Positions 11,993 through 20,567 of a stretch of DNA of 32,000 bases are shown piece by piece (position 1 is the first letter of the stretch; every line of letters starts with the position of its first letter). Origin of the DNA: Pasteurella multocida (GTDB taxonomy: Bacteria; Pseudomonadota; Gammaproteobacteria; Enterobacterales; Pasteurellaceae); the NCBI RefSeq assembly GCF_900187275.1, contig NZ_LT906458.1, positions 1,050,001-1,082,000 of the forward strand, read 5' to 3'. The position numbers and the translations under genes are program-made. The notes below the pieces were generated by a model. That model saw only the letters and a list, made by a program, of their open reading frames with translations. It made no database searches and was not told the DNA's origin.

Positions 11993-13272
11993 CCGTCATT
12001 GCACTTTTTATTTTACTTTTCTTATTAATGTTCCTAGGTGTGCCCATTGCCATTTCTCTCGGGCTATCTGGTGCCATTGTCATCATGCTGTTTAGCCAAG
12101 ATTCCTTGAGTTCATTAGCAATCAAATTATTTGAAACCTCAGAACATTACACGTTACTCGCTATCCCCTTCTTCTTACTTGCTGGTGCATTTATGACCAC
12201 CGGTGGGGTGGCGAAGCGTTTAATTGACTTTGCCAATGCAACCGTTGGACACATTCGCGGTGGTTTAGCGATTGCCTCCGTCATGTCCTGCATGTTATTT
12301 GCCGCGTTATCTGGTTCGAGCCCAGCAACAGTGGCAGCAGTCGGTTCAATTGCGATTGCTGGTATGGTTCGCTCAGGCTATCCGATTGGCTTTGGTACTG
12401 GGATTATTTGCAATGCGGGCACCTTAGGGATTTTAATTCCGCCTTCAGTCGTTATGGTCGTCTATGCTGCCGCGACAGAAACCTCGGTAGGTAAACTTTT
12501 CATGGCAGGTGTTGTACCGGGCTTATTACTAGGGGTTGCATTGATGGTGGCAATCTATATTGTCGCACGCATTAAAAATCTGCCTGCCCAGCCGCGTGCC
12601 AGTGTAAAAGAGTGGTTCCGAGCTGCACGTAAAGCGATTTGGGGTTTACTCTTAATGGTGATTATCCTAGGCGGTATTTATAGTGGTATCTTCACACCGA
12701 CTGAAGCGGCTGCAGTGGCGGCAGTTTATTCCTTTGTTGTCGCGGTATTTATCTACAAAGACATTAAATTAAGTGAATGTCCACGCGTGTTATTAGAATC
12801 GGGCAAATTGAGCGTTATGCTAATGTTCATTATTGCTAACGCAATGCTGTTTGCCCATGTATTAACCACCGAACAGATTCCGCAATTAATTACTGAAACC
12901 GTGACGAAAATGGAACTCTCACCTTGGATGTTCCTGATTGTCGTCAATATCGTGTTGCTGATTGCTGGTGCCTTTATGGAGCCATCGGCGATTATTTTAA
13001 TTCTTGCACCGATTTTATTCCCTATTGCAGTACAACTCGGAATCGATCCGATTCATTTAGGGGTTATCATGGTGGTGAATATGGAAATCGGGATGATTAC
13101 ACCGCCAATCGGGCTCAACCTCTTTGTTGCTTCTGCGGTGTCTAAAATGCCATTAACCGCGGTGATTCGTGCAGCAACGCCATGGTTAATGCTCTTACTC
13201 GCCTTCCTCATCGCTATTACTTATATCCCAGCGATTTCAATGGCGTTACCAAATTGGATGGGGATTCATTAA
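11989..13272 (+). CDS. dctM: TRAP transporter large permease, DctM family
   Basis: 427 aa polytopic protein; GVPIAISLGLSG, GIVMVVNMEIGMITPPIGLNLFV-like DctM signature (VVNMEIGMITPPIGLNLFVASA); 4-nt overlap with dctQ. Confidence 0.93.
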   Translation: MTVIALFILLFLLMFLGVPIAISLGLSGAIVIMLFSQDSLSSLAIKLFETSEHYTLLAIPFFLLAGAFMTTGGVAKRLIDFANATVGHIRGGLAIASVMSCMLFAALSGSSPATVAAVGSIAIAGMVRSGYPIGFGTGIICNAGTLGILIPPSVVMVVYAAATETSVGKLFMAGVVPGLLLGVALMVAIYIVARIKNLPAQPRASVKEWFRAARKAIWGLLLMVIILGGIYSGIFTPTEAAAVAAVYSFVVAVFIYKDIKLSECPRVLLESGKLSVMLMFIIANAMLFAHVLTTEQIPQLITETVTKMELSPWMFLIVVNIVLLIAGAFMEPSAIILILAPILFPIAVQLGIDPIHLGVIMVVNMEIGMITPPIGLNLFVASAVSKMPLTAVIRAATPWLMLLLAFLIAITYIPAISMALPNWMGIH

Positions 13273-13291
13273 GTTTACTCAATGTTAAGCT

Positions 13292-13317
13292 AAAAGCCCC
13301 TGATAACAGGGGCTTTT
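13292..13317. terminator. Bidirectional terminator between dctM and the MBL hydrolase gene
   Basis: AAAAGCCCCTG (13292-13302) ataa CAGGGGCTTTT (13307-13317). Confidence 0.92.
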
Positions 13318-13329
13318 TCTTTCTCGCAT

Positions 13330-13959
13330 TTAGCGCACAAAGGGATTGTGCTGCTTTTCTTGACCGATAGTGGTATAGGGTCCATGCCCAGCAACAATAA
13401 TCATGTCATCGCCTAAAGGATATAATTTCTCTTTAATAACACTCAACAAGGTCGCGTGATCGCCCCCTTGAAAATCCGTGCGCCCAATACTTTGCTTAAA
13501 GAGCACATCACCAGTAAAGGCAATTCGCTTTTCGTGTTCGATAAACCCAATATGCCCCGGGGTGTGTCCTGGTAGGTGCAGTACTTCAAATTGCATATCC
13601 CCAACTTGGATAATCTCGCCTTCGTTATTTAACCAACGATCTGGCGTAAAGGCTGGAATTTCAAACAGACCAAATTTTTGCGATTGTGCTGGTAATGCAT
13701 TAAACCAGTATTCATCTTGTGAATTAGGACCAATTATCTCTACGTTAAAATGCGCCTTCAATTTTGGTGCCGCCCCCACATGGTCAAGATGTCCATGTGT
13801 CAATAAAATAGTTTGTAAATTCAAGTCCAACTCTTCAATTCGCTTAATCAATTTTTCCGCGTCACCACCGGGATCAATAATTGCCGCATTACGCTTCTCA
13901 TCCCAAATTAAAGAACAATTTTGCTGAAAAGCAGTAACCGGAATAATTTCAATATTCAT
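13330..13959 (-). CDS. Metallo-beta-lactamase-fold hydrolase (glyoxalase II-like, YcbL-type)
   Basis: 209 aa with LLTHGHLDHVGAAP metal-binding motif, HTPGHTPGHI-type segment (LPGHTPGHIGF) and VVAGHGPYTTIG. Confidence 0.9.
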   Translation of the reverse strand: MNIEIIPVTAFQQNCSLIWDEKRNAAIIDPGGDAEKLIKRIEELDLNLQTILLTHGHLDHVGAAPKLKAHFNVEIIGPNSQDEYWFNALPAQSQKFGLFEIPAFTPDRWLNNEGEIIQVGDMQFEVLHLPGHTPGHIGFIEHEKRIAFTGDVLFKQSIGRTDFQGGDHATLLSVIKEKLYPLGDDMIIVAGHGPYTTIGQEKQHNPFVR

Positions 13960-13988
13960 GCTATCTCTCTATGACTAAATAAGAAGAA

Positions 13989-14008
13989 AACCGCACAAAA
14001 GTGCGGTT
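13989..14008 (-). terminator. USS-containing terminator downstream of the ycbK-like gene
   Basis: AACCGCAC aaaa GTGCGGTT; on the minus strand the stem is followed by TTCTTCTTATTT. Confidence 0.75.
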
Positions 14009-14031
14009 CAATACGGAAAAGTTTTATTTTA

Positions 14032-14592
14032 TCAACTGCCACGCCATGTACGAACAGGACCAGTATCCACATGAATAAAATTACTGCGCGGATAATATCC
14101 TACCCCACCATTATTCAGTTTTTCTGCTGCTTGACGAAGTTTTGCTAATGGTACGCCATCAATACGGAAATCAATCGCTTGTCCACGTGTATGATAACTG
14201 TTACTGGCTACACCACGGCTTCTACGATGCATCGCCGCATTACTCACTGGTGAGCGATAACCACAAATAATTTGGATTTCAGTATTACGTAAACCTAAGC
14301 TGGCTTGTAAACGATAAAATTTTAAAAACAGTTTTGGATCCATTCTATGCATATGATTATTACGTTTATCACGCATTAAATAATCCAATTTCTTAAGTGC
14401 GACAGAGGAAAAGCCTTTGCTTGGCAAAAACTCTGCACTAAATTTATCCCCTGTATTAATGTTTCTGAAACGTAAAATACGTGGTTTAGGTGTCGAAACC
14501 GCTGCCAACAAAGGACTCGGTAACAAAGATGCGCCTAATACGATCCCACCTAAAGATAACCATTTACGGCGAGTATGGTTAATACTATTCAT
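14032..14592 (-). CDS. DUF882 / peptidase M15-like YcbK family protein with twin-arginine signal
   Basis: NHTRRKWLSLGGIVLGASLL Tat-like leader; SYHTRGQAIDFRIDG and VGYYPRSNFIHVDTGPVRTW motifs. Confidence 0.88.
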   Translation of the reverse strand: MNSINHTRRKWLSLGGIVLGASLLPSPLLAAVSTPKPRILRFRNINTGDKFSAEFLPSKGFSSVALKKLDYLMRDKRNNHMHRMDPKLFLKFYRLQASLGLRNTEIQIICGYRSPVSNAAMHRRSRGVASNSYHTRGQAIDFRIDGVPLAKLRQAAEKLNNGGVGYYPRSNFIHVDTGPVRTWRGS

Positions 14593-14685
14593 TATGTCAA
14601 TTTCTCTATGTTATTTCATGCTTAGTTTGACCAACGTAATTAACATTCGTTCTCAAAAAGAACAAAACGCACTTATTTTACCTAT

Positions 14686-14709
14686 TTCCCCCTAAAAAGA
14701 AAGGGGGAA
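14686..14709 (-). terminator. Candidate hairpin terminator downstream of the ldtD-like gene
   Basis: TTCCCCCT (14686-14693) / AGGGGGAA (14702-14709); weak T-tract on the minus strand. Confidence 0.5.
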
Positions 14710-14736
14710 TGTGTTCAATTTGTGACGAGAGTCTGA

Positions 14737-16239
14737 TTAATTTAAATACTTTTTAACGATAGCCCAATTAATGTAGCTTAAATTTGGGGTGACATCATAA
14801 CCATAAATATCAGGTAAAGTATGTGTTTTACCATTGTTGACCCATGCGGTCACATAATATAGAAAGACCGGATTATTCGAAGCCACATTAACTGAGATCG
14901 TTTTACGACTTTTTACAGTATTCACTTTACGTTCTTCAGTCCAGCCCGCCTCTTTTAGAAGCACACTAGCTAATTCATCTGCTTTTTCTACTCGGACACA
15001 GCCTGAGCTTAATGCTAAATCTTTCTTTGCAAACAAGCCTCTGCTTGGTGTATCGTGCAAATAGATGGCATCCGAACTTGGCATATTAAACTTAAAGTTA
15101 CCTAATGCACTGTCTCCCGGTGCCTGACGTAAACGGTAAGGAAATTTTTTCGCCGTCATATTTTCCCAATCAATCGTATAAGGATCGATAGTTTTTCCTT
15201 TACTGTCAATAATCGTATAACCATTACGATAGATATAACTTGGATCTTTACGTACACGTGGAATGATATCTTCATTAATCAAACGTGTCGGGGTGTTCCA
15301 AGGTGGATTCACGACAACATCACTTAATTTACTGTAAAGCACAGGGGTTTTACGCGCTTTTTTGCCGACAATTACTTTAGAGGTCAAAATCAGTTTACCA
15401 TCACGATAATAATGCAATTGGTAGCTTGGAATATTGACAAATAAGCCATTGTCGAAAGTAGGAATAACACGTAAACGTTGGGCATTAATTGCAATTTTAT
15501 ATAATTGTGCCAGCTTATCATTATCCATCCCTTCTGCATTAAATAAAGAAGGTAGCTGCGCTATCGTCTGACGATATAATGGATTTTGTGTTGAAAGTGA
15601 CGTTAAAAAGTCCGCACTTTTCCCCATTGCAACAGCAGATAACCATGCATGAATCTGTTCATCACGAGGTAATGCTGGTTTATAGTTATTCGCGCTATAT
15701 AACCATTTTTGTGCGGATTTACTCACATTGTTGGCATAATACATGTAATCTAAAAAGGTATCGGTGAGTAATGCATCACGTTCAAAGCTACCTTCTGACG
15801 TCGAGTCAATATGTTCAAGAATCGTGGAAGCTTGTTTAGAAATCCCACTGAGAACTAACGCAGCATACTCACGTAAGAATTGTTGTTCCGTTGCCTTATC
15901 TTGCCAAAGTAATTGGAAATCATTATCTGCATAAATTTTCGCAACAGTTGACTTAAATTGTAATTCAATTTGCCCTAACTTATCCGTTAATGTTTGTTCT
16001 GCGAGCGCTTGTTTTTCTGCTGCAAGACGTTCCTCTTCCAGTTTCTTTTCTGCTGCTAATTGTGCTTCAATGGCTTTAGTTTCTAACTCAAGCTGTTGAC
16101 GTGTTAAAAGATCGGCCTCTTGTACCGTATCAATAATTGGATTAGGCAACGACTCTTGATTAGCAAATACGCTCGTTGAACAAGCACAAGAAAACAGCAA
16201 GGCTAATTGTGCAAATTTAAATGATTTTATCTTTAACAT
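14737..16239 (-). CDS. ldtD: L,D-transpeptidase, YkuD catalytic domain (YcbB/LdtD-like)
   Basis: Catalytic region IYLHDTPSRGLFAKKDLALSSGCVRVEKADELA; N-terminal signal sequence. MLKIKSFKFAQLAL start at 16239 preferred over 16284. Confidence 0.85.
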   Translation of the reverse strand: MLKIKSFKFAQLALLFSCACSTSVFANQESLPNPIIDTVQEADLLTRQQLELETKAIEAQLAAEKKLEEERLAAEKQALAEQTLTDKLGQIELQFKSTVAKIYADNDFQLLWQDKATEQQFLREYAALVLSGISKQASTILEHIDSTSEGSFERDALLTDTFLDYMYYANNVSKSAQKWLYSANNYKPALPRDEQIHAWLSAVAMGKSADFLTSLSTQNPLYRQTIAQLPSLFNAEGMDNDKLAQLYKIAINAQRLRVIPTFDNGLFVNIPSYQLHYYRDGKLILTSKVIVGKKARKTPVLYSKLSDVVVNPPWNTPTRLINEDIIPRVRKDPSYIYRNGYTIIDSKGKTIDPYTIDWENMTAKKFPYRLRQAPGDSALGNFKFNMPSSDAIYLHDTPSRGLFAKKDLALSSGCVRVEKADELASVLLKEAGWTEERKVNTVKSRKTISVNVASNNPVFLYYVTAWVNNGKTHTLPDIYGYDVTPNLSYINWAIVKKYLN

Positions 16240-16268
16240 CACATAGTTCCTTAACATAAATGAGAAAA

Positions 16269-16300
16269 TGACCGCTACTCTCATGATGAAAGTGCGGTCA
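16269..16300 (-). terminator. USS-containing hairpin downstream of prc
   Basis: TGACCGC (16269-16275) / GCGGTCA (16294-16300), with further partial pairing inward; minus strand continues TTTTCTC. Confidence 0.6.
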
Positions 16301-16308
16301 AAATAAAA

Positions 16309-18360
16309 CTAGTTTGTGCTTTTCTGATTCATACCCATTTTTTCGGTTTCAAACTGAACAAGATCAGCTGCCATTCTCTCTGCTTCTTTTAAATAAAAAT
16401 CTGGCGCCTCATAATCTTTTGCTAAATCATCCAGATCTTTTAATGGTTTTTTACCCTCACGTTTAAAGCGTGCATTTAAGTCTTTTAAACGTCTTGCATC
16501 ATCTTTATCATTTTCAACTTTGCGCTTTTGATAATTCAACGACAAATATTTTAATGCGTTTCTTTCATCACGAATTTTAAGCTCTTCATTTAATGCGACA
16601 AATTCGGGATCTTTAGCTATGCGTTCAACATGTTTTGGCGTTAAGAACGCTACTGCATCACGCGCTTGTGCGACTTCAAAGTAATTTGCGGCAGGAATTT
16701 TATCCCAAGGCAACGCATTATCTTCTCTTTCCTCACCATATTCTTTCGCATCAATCGCAGCGGGGAAATCAATGTCGGTTGCCACGCCTTTTAATTGAGT
16801 ACTTCCACCATCAATACGATAAAACTTCTGAATAGTATATTGAATCAGACCTAAAGGTTCTTGATTGGCATCGAACGCAAAGTTTAACGAACGACTTTGC
16901 TGTACTGTTCCCTTACCAAAAGTATTCTGCCCAATAATAATTCCACGATTATAATCCTGCATTGCGGCAGCAAAAATCTCTGAAGCCGAAGCACTAAAAC
17001 GGTTAATCATCACTAATAAAGGTCCAGAATAAACTTGTTCACTGTCTGGATCTTCATGAACGCGAATACGTTGAAAAGCATCGCGCACTTGGACAATCGG
17101 TCCATCGCTAATAAATAAACCGCTTAACCCAACCGCTTCGGTTAATGCGCCACCGCCATTATCGCGTAAGTCAATAATTAAGGCTTTTGCTTTTTTCGTT
17201 TTCATTTCAGTCAATAATTTTCTCACATCTTGTGTCAATCCAATGTAAAAACTTGGAATCTTAATTGAGGCGACAATTTGCCCCTCTACTTTGCTGATTG
17301 TGAGTTTTGCGGCTTGATCTTCAATACGAACTTTATCGCGCACTAAGGTAATAATCTTAGATTTGCCCCCTTTCGCAGGCTCAATTTCTAAACGCACTTT
17401 TGTGCCTTTCTTACCTTTAATTTTGTCAACAATATCTTCTAAACGCCAACCTACAACATCTTCAATTTCACCGCTAGCTTGCCCTACACCAATAATGCGG
17501 TCACCTGCTTTCAATTTTTTGCTCCGTTCTGCAGGTGCCCCTGGCACTAATGATTTAATCGTTGTCCCATCATCTTCCGTTTGTTGTAATGTCGCGCCAA
17601 TCCCTTCTAACGACAGGTTCATACTTTCGTTAAAACTTTTCGCTGTTCTCGGTGCCAAATAGCTTGTGTGCGGATCCACTTCTCGTGCAAAGGCATTTAA
17701 ATACACCTGAAGAATGTCATCTGCTTTAGTCTGGGTTAAACGACGAATCGCCAAATCATAACGTTTAATTAAACGTTTCTTAATATCAGACCATTTTTTA
17801 TCTTTTAATTTCTGATTGATAATGTCGTTTTTAACTCGTTGTTCCCACAACTTATCTAATTCTGCGTTGTCTTTTGGCCACGGGGATTTCTCACGATCGA
17901 TTTCAATTTGATCCTGACCCGATAAATCAGGCTCTTTATCTAATAAAGAAAGCGCGTATTTATAACGATCATAGCGTCTTTTCATCATTAAATCGTACAT
18001 TGCAAAGGCAATACTTAAATCCCCTTCATTTAATGCATCATCAAACTTATCGGCATATTTTGCGCGCATTTCATCAATATCAGATTGTAGAAAAGTATTT
18101 CGGCTAAAATCTAATGACTTAAGATAACGCTCAAAAATTTTCTCAGAAAACGCGTCATTTAACTGGAACTTACGATAATGACTTTGCGTTAAACGGGTTG
18201 TCGCACGTTTTGTCGCTAATTGATTTTCTTCCGTAGGTTGTGGCGTAACAATATCGCTTAATTTGATTTTTGGCTGTACTGCCTCGACAAGATTAAAGCT
18301 CATTAAGAAAGTACTTAACAAAAACGTTGCTAAATAACTTTTTGTTTTACTCAATTTCAT
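16309..18360 (-). CDS. prc: Carboxy-terminal (tail-specific) processing protease
   Basis: 683 aa; PDZ region (LSLEGIGATLQQTEDDGTTIKSLVPGAPAERS), catalytic core LIDLRDNGGGALTEAVGLSGLFI and FSASASEIFAAAMQDYNRGIIIGQNTFGKGTVQ. Confidence 0.95.
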   Translation of the reverse strand: MKLSKTKSYLATFLLSTFLMSFNLVEAVQPKIKLSDIVTPQPTEENQLATKRATTRLTQSHYRKFQLNDAFSEKIFERYLKSLDFSRNTFLQSDIDEMRAKYADKFDDALNEGDLSIAFAMYDLMMKRRYDRYKYALSLLDKEPDLSGQDQIEIDREKSPWPKDNAELDKLWEQRVKNDIINQKLKDKKWSDIKKRLIKRYDLAIRRLTQTKADDILQVYLNAFAREVDPHTSYLAPRTAKSFNESMNLSLEGIGATLQQTEDDGTTIKSLVPGAPAERSKKLKAGDRIIGVGQASGEIEDVVGWRLEDIVDKIKGKKGTKVRLEIEPAKGGKSKIITLVRDKVRIEDQAAKLTISKVEGQIVASIKIPSFYIGLTQDVRKLLTEMKTKKAKALIIDLRDNGGGALTEAVGLSGLFISDGPIVQVRDAFQRIRVHEDPDSEQVYSGPLLVMINRFSASASEIFAAAMQDYNRGIIIGQNTFGKGTVQQSRSLNFAFDANQEPLGLIQYTIQKFYRIDGGSTQLKGVATDIDFPAAIDAKEYGEEREDNALPWDKIPAANYFEVAQARDAVAFLTPKHVERIAKDPEFVALNEELKIRDERNALKYLSLNYQKRKVENDKDDARRLKDLNARFKREGKKPLKDLDDLAKDYEAPDFYLKEAERMAADLVQFETEKMGMNQKSTN

Positions 18361-18452
18361 TTCACCTTCCTAAAAAGAAAATACAATTTATGATTAATCA
18401 CTTTGATCAATAAATGCCACCTTATTTGATGGCATTTTGTACTTATTTCATC

Positions 18453-19085
18453 TTATGCAAACAGATGTTCAGCTGTGACAGTGATGACTAAGCCATTTTC
18501 TAATTGTACACGGGCAGAGTCTTTTATCACTTCAAGCACAATCGCCTTTTTAGCACTCTCACCCACTTTCACTTTCACACTGTCACCTTTTTGTAAACTC
18601 GCTAACTCAATCGCGTTTAAAATCACTTTCGGTTTACGTGTCACTTTGGCTTTATTGGCGGTTGTCTCTTTCGCATGTTGTCCTTTTGCCGCAACACGAC
18701 GAGCAGGACGTTTTTTTTCAGGTTTAGCTGCTTTCTCTGCTGCACGCATTGCAGCAACTTTAGCTTTTGCTTCCGCTAACTGTTGTGCAGCATGTTCGGC
18801 ATGCTCTTGTTCTAAAATACCACACGCATTTCCTTGCAAATCAACACGCTCAGCCCCAGCTTTACAGCCATGCAAATAACGCCAATTTGACGTGTACGCA
18901 CGTAATGCTTGACGTAATTGTGTTTTACTTACACGTTCATCATCTTGCAATGCCTCAGCTAAGTCTTGGAATAAACCAATTTTTAACGGTTTTGCTTCCC
19001 CTTCTAATGAAAAACAAAGTGGAAACTTTTCCACTAAATAGGCAATCACTTCTTTATTATTCGTTAATTTTTGGACTTCGGTCAT
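18453..19085 (-). CDS. proQ: RNA chaperone ProQ
   Basis: MTEVQKLTNNKEVIAYLVEKFPLCFSLEGEAKPLKIGLFQDLAE..., FinO/ProQ domain, basic linker, C-terminal domain; immediately upstream of prc. ATG at 19085 preferred over 19232. Confidence 0.93.
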   Translation of the reverse strand: MTEVQKLTNNKEVIAYLVEKFPLCFSLEGEAKPLKIGLFQDLAEALQDDERVSKTQLRQALRAYTSNWRYLHGCKAGAERVDLQGNACGILEQEHAEHAAQQLAEAKAKVAAMRAAEKAAKPEKKRPARRVAAKGQHAKETTANKAKVTRKPKVILNAIELASLQKGDSVKVKVGESAKKAIVLEVIKDSARVQLENGLVITVTAEHLFA

Positions 19086-19310
19086 TCTTTTTTCCTGAGT
19101 GTCAATTTTTAAATAGAAAAACTCAGCATAGTTTAGCTCACTTTCGGAAAAAATGACAATTATATCCTCACACAAATACATTAATTTACGTTCATAAAAG
19201 CAGTATCCATAAAAGAAAGATAGGCGTGACATTCTCTGACGGGGATATTTCCAAAACTTTTTAGACAGGATAGAATGTGGCTCTGTTTATTACACGTGGC
19301 ATGTAACTGA

Positions 19311-20567
19311 ATGACAAAAAATACCGCTCAACGCCCTCTACATGAATTAGCCTGTTGCTCAGATTGTGATGCAGTTGTGTCTTTTCCAACCTTACAAAGC
19401 GAACAACTGGCAGAATGTCCCCGCTGTCATCATGTGATCAAAACAACGGATCGTTGGAGCCTCCATCGTTGTGCCATGATTGCACTGTCTATCCTCATTT
19501 TAATGCCCTTTGCGTTAAAATTTCCACTTCTTAGCATTGATTTATTAGGTACCAAAATTGATGCGTCGGTTTGGGGTGGCGTTTGGAAAATGGCTACCCA
19601 AGGTTATCCCTATACTGCCTTTTTAGTGTTTATTTGTGCTGTTTTTATGCCTATTTCTTTTGCATTGCTTGTTTTACTTCTACGCCTCTCACAATTACTG
19701 AGAGTAAAACCGCGTAATCTTTTAATTTCTCTCGCGCATATCAAACCTTGGGTGATGTTTGATGTTTACTTAGTTGCCTTAGCGGTGACAATGTTTAAAG
19801 TGAAAGAATACGCCACGTTAGAAATTGATATTTATCTGATTGCTTTTGTTTTTACTGCGCTTTTAACAACATTGCTTTTTATCAAATTAAATCCTAAGGA
19901 ATTGTGGAATGAATTCTACCCACAGCAACATTCACTCAATGCGATTCCACAAGATAATAAACCGCACTACTGTTTTGAATGCCAGTACAGTTTTATGCAC
20001 GCTATGCATGATCGTCAACAGCGTGCAATTTGCCCTCGTTGTCATTCTACTTTACACTTATCAGCGCATATTAAGCTACAACGCACATGGGCCACCTTAA
20101 TTGCAGGGATTATTATGATTTTCCCAGCCAATTTGTTACCCATTTCCGTGGTGTATGTCAATGGCGCACCCAGTGCGGATACATTAATGTCTGGTGTATT
20201 AAGTTTTATTGATATGGGAAGTTACTTTGTCGCCTTTATTGTTTTTGTTGCCAGTATTTTTGTCCCCATCAGTAAAATTATGATTATGTTATATTTATTA
20301 ATTTGTGTGCATTTTCAATTAAGACACTCAATCAAATGGCAAATGCGACTACTCCACTTTGTCCATTTTGTCGGGCGTTGGTCCATGCTTGACCTCTTTG
20401 TTTTAGCATTGATGATGTCATTAGTAACACGTGGACAAATTATCGATTTTTCTGTTGGTCCCGCGGCCTTTTACTTTGGTATTGCCGTTTTTTTAACAAT
20501 GATTTCTACTTCACAATTTGATAGCCGATTACTTTGGAAAATTTATGACAAACAAACAGCACGATAA
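19311..20567 (+). CDS. letA: PqiA-domain integral membrane protein (YebS/LetA-like)
   Basis: Two PqiA halves, each with a CxxC...CxxC zinc-ribbon-like segment (CCSDCD...CPRCH; CFECQ...CPRCH); position next to proQ and the MCE gene matches the E. coli yebS-yebT arrangement. Confidence 0.85.
   Translation: MTKNTAQRPLHELACCSDCDAVVSFPTLQSEQLAECPRCHHVIKTTDRWSLHRCAMIALSILILMPFALKFPLLSIDLLGTKIDASVWGGVWKMATQGYPYTAFLVFICAVFMPISFALLVLLLRLSQLLRVKPRNLLISLAHIKPWVMFDVYLVALAVTMFKVKEYATLEIDIYLIAFVFTALLTTLLFIKLNPKELWNEFYPQQHSLNAIPQDNKPHYCFECQYSFMHAMHDRQQRAICPRCHSTLHLSAHIKLQRTWATLIAGIIMIFPANLLPISVVYVNGAPSADTLMSGVLSFIDMGSYFVAFIVFVASIFVPISKIMIMLYLLICVHFQLRHSIKWQMRLLHFVHFVGRWSMLDLFVLALMMSLVTRGQIIDFSVGPAAFYFGIAVFLTMISTSQFDSRLLWKIYDKQTAR

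Noticed and set aside
18475-18879. 134-aa plus-strand ORF antisense to proQ
   Set aside because: It lies entirely opposite the well-supported proQ coding sequence; Ser/Thr/Ala/Cys-rich composition is what the complement of a Lys/Ala-rich linker would give.
19086-19232. N-terminal extension of proQ in the ORF track
   Set aside because: The 49 extra residues do not resemble ProQ; the conserved protein begins MTEVQKLTNNKEV at 19085.
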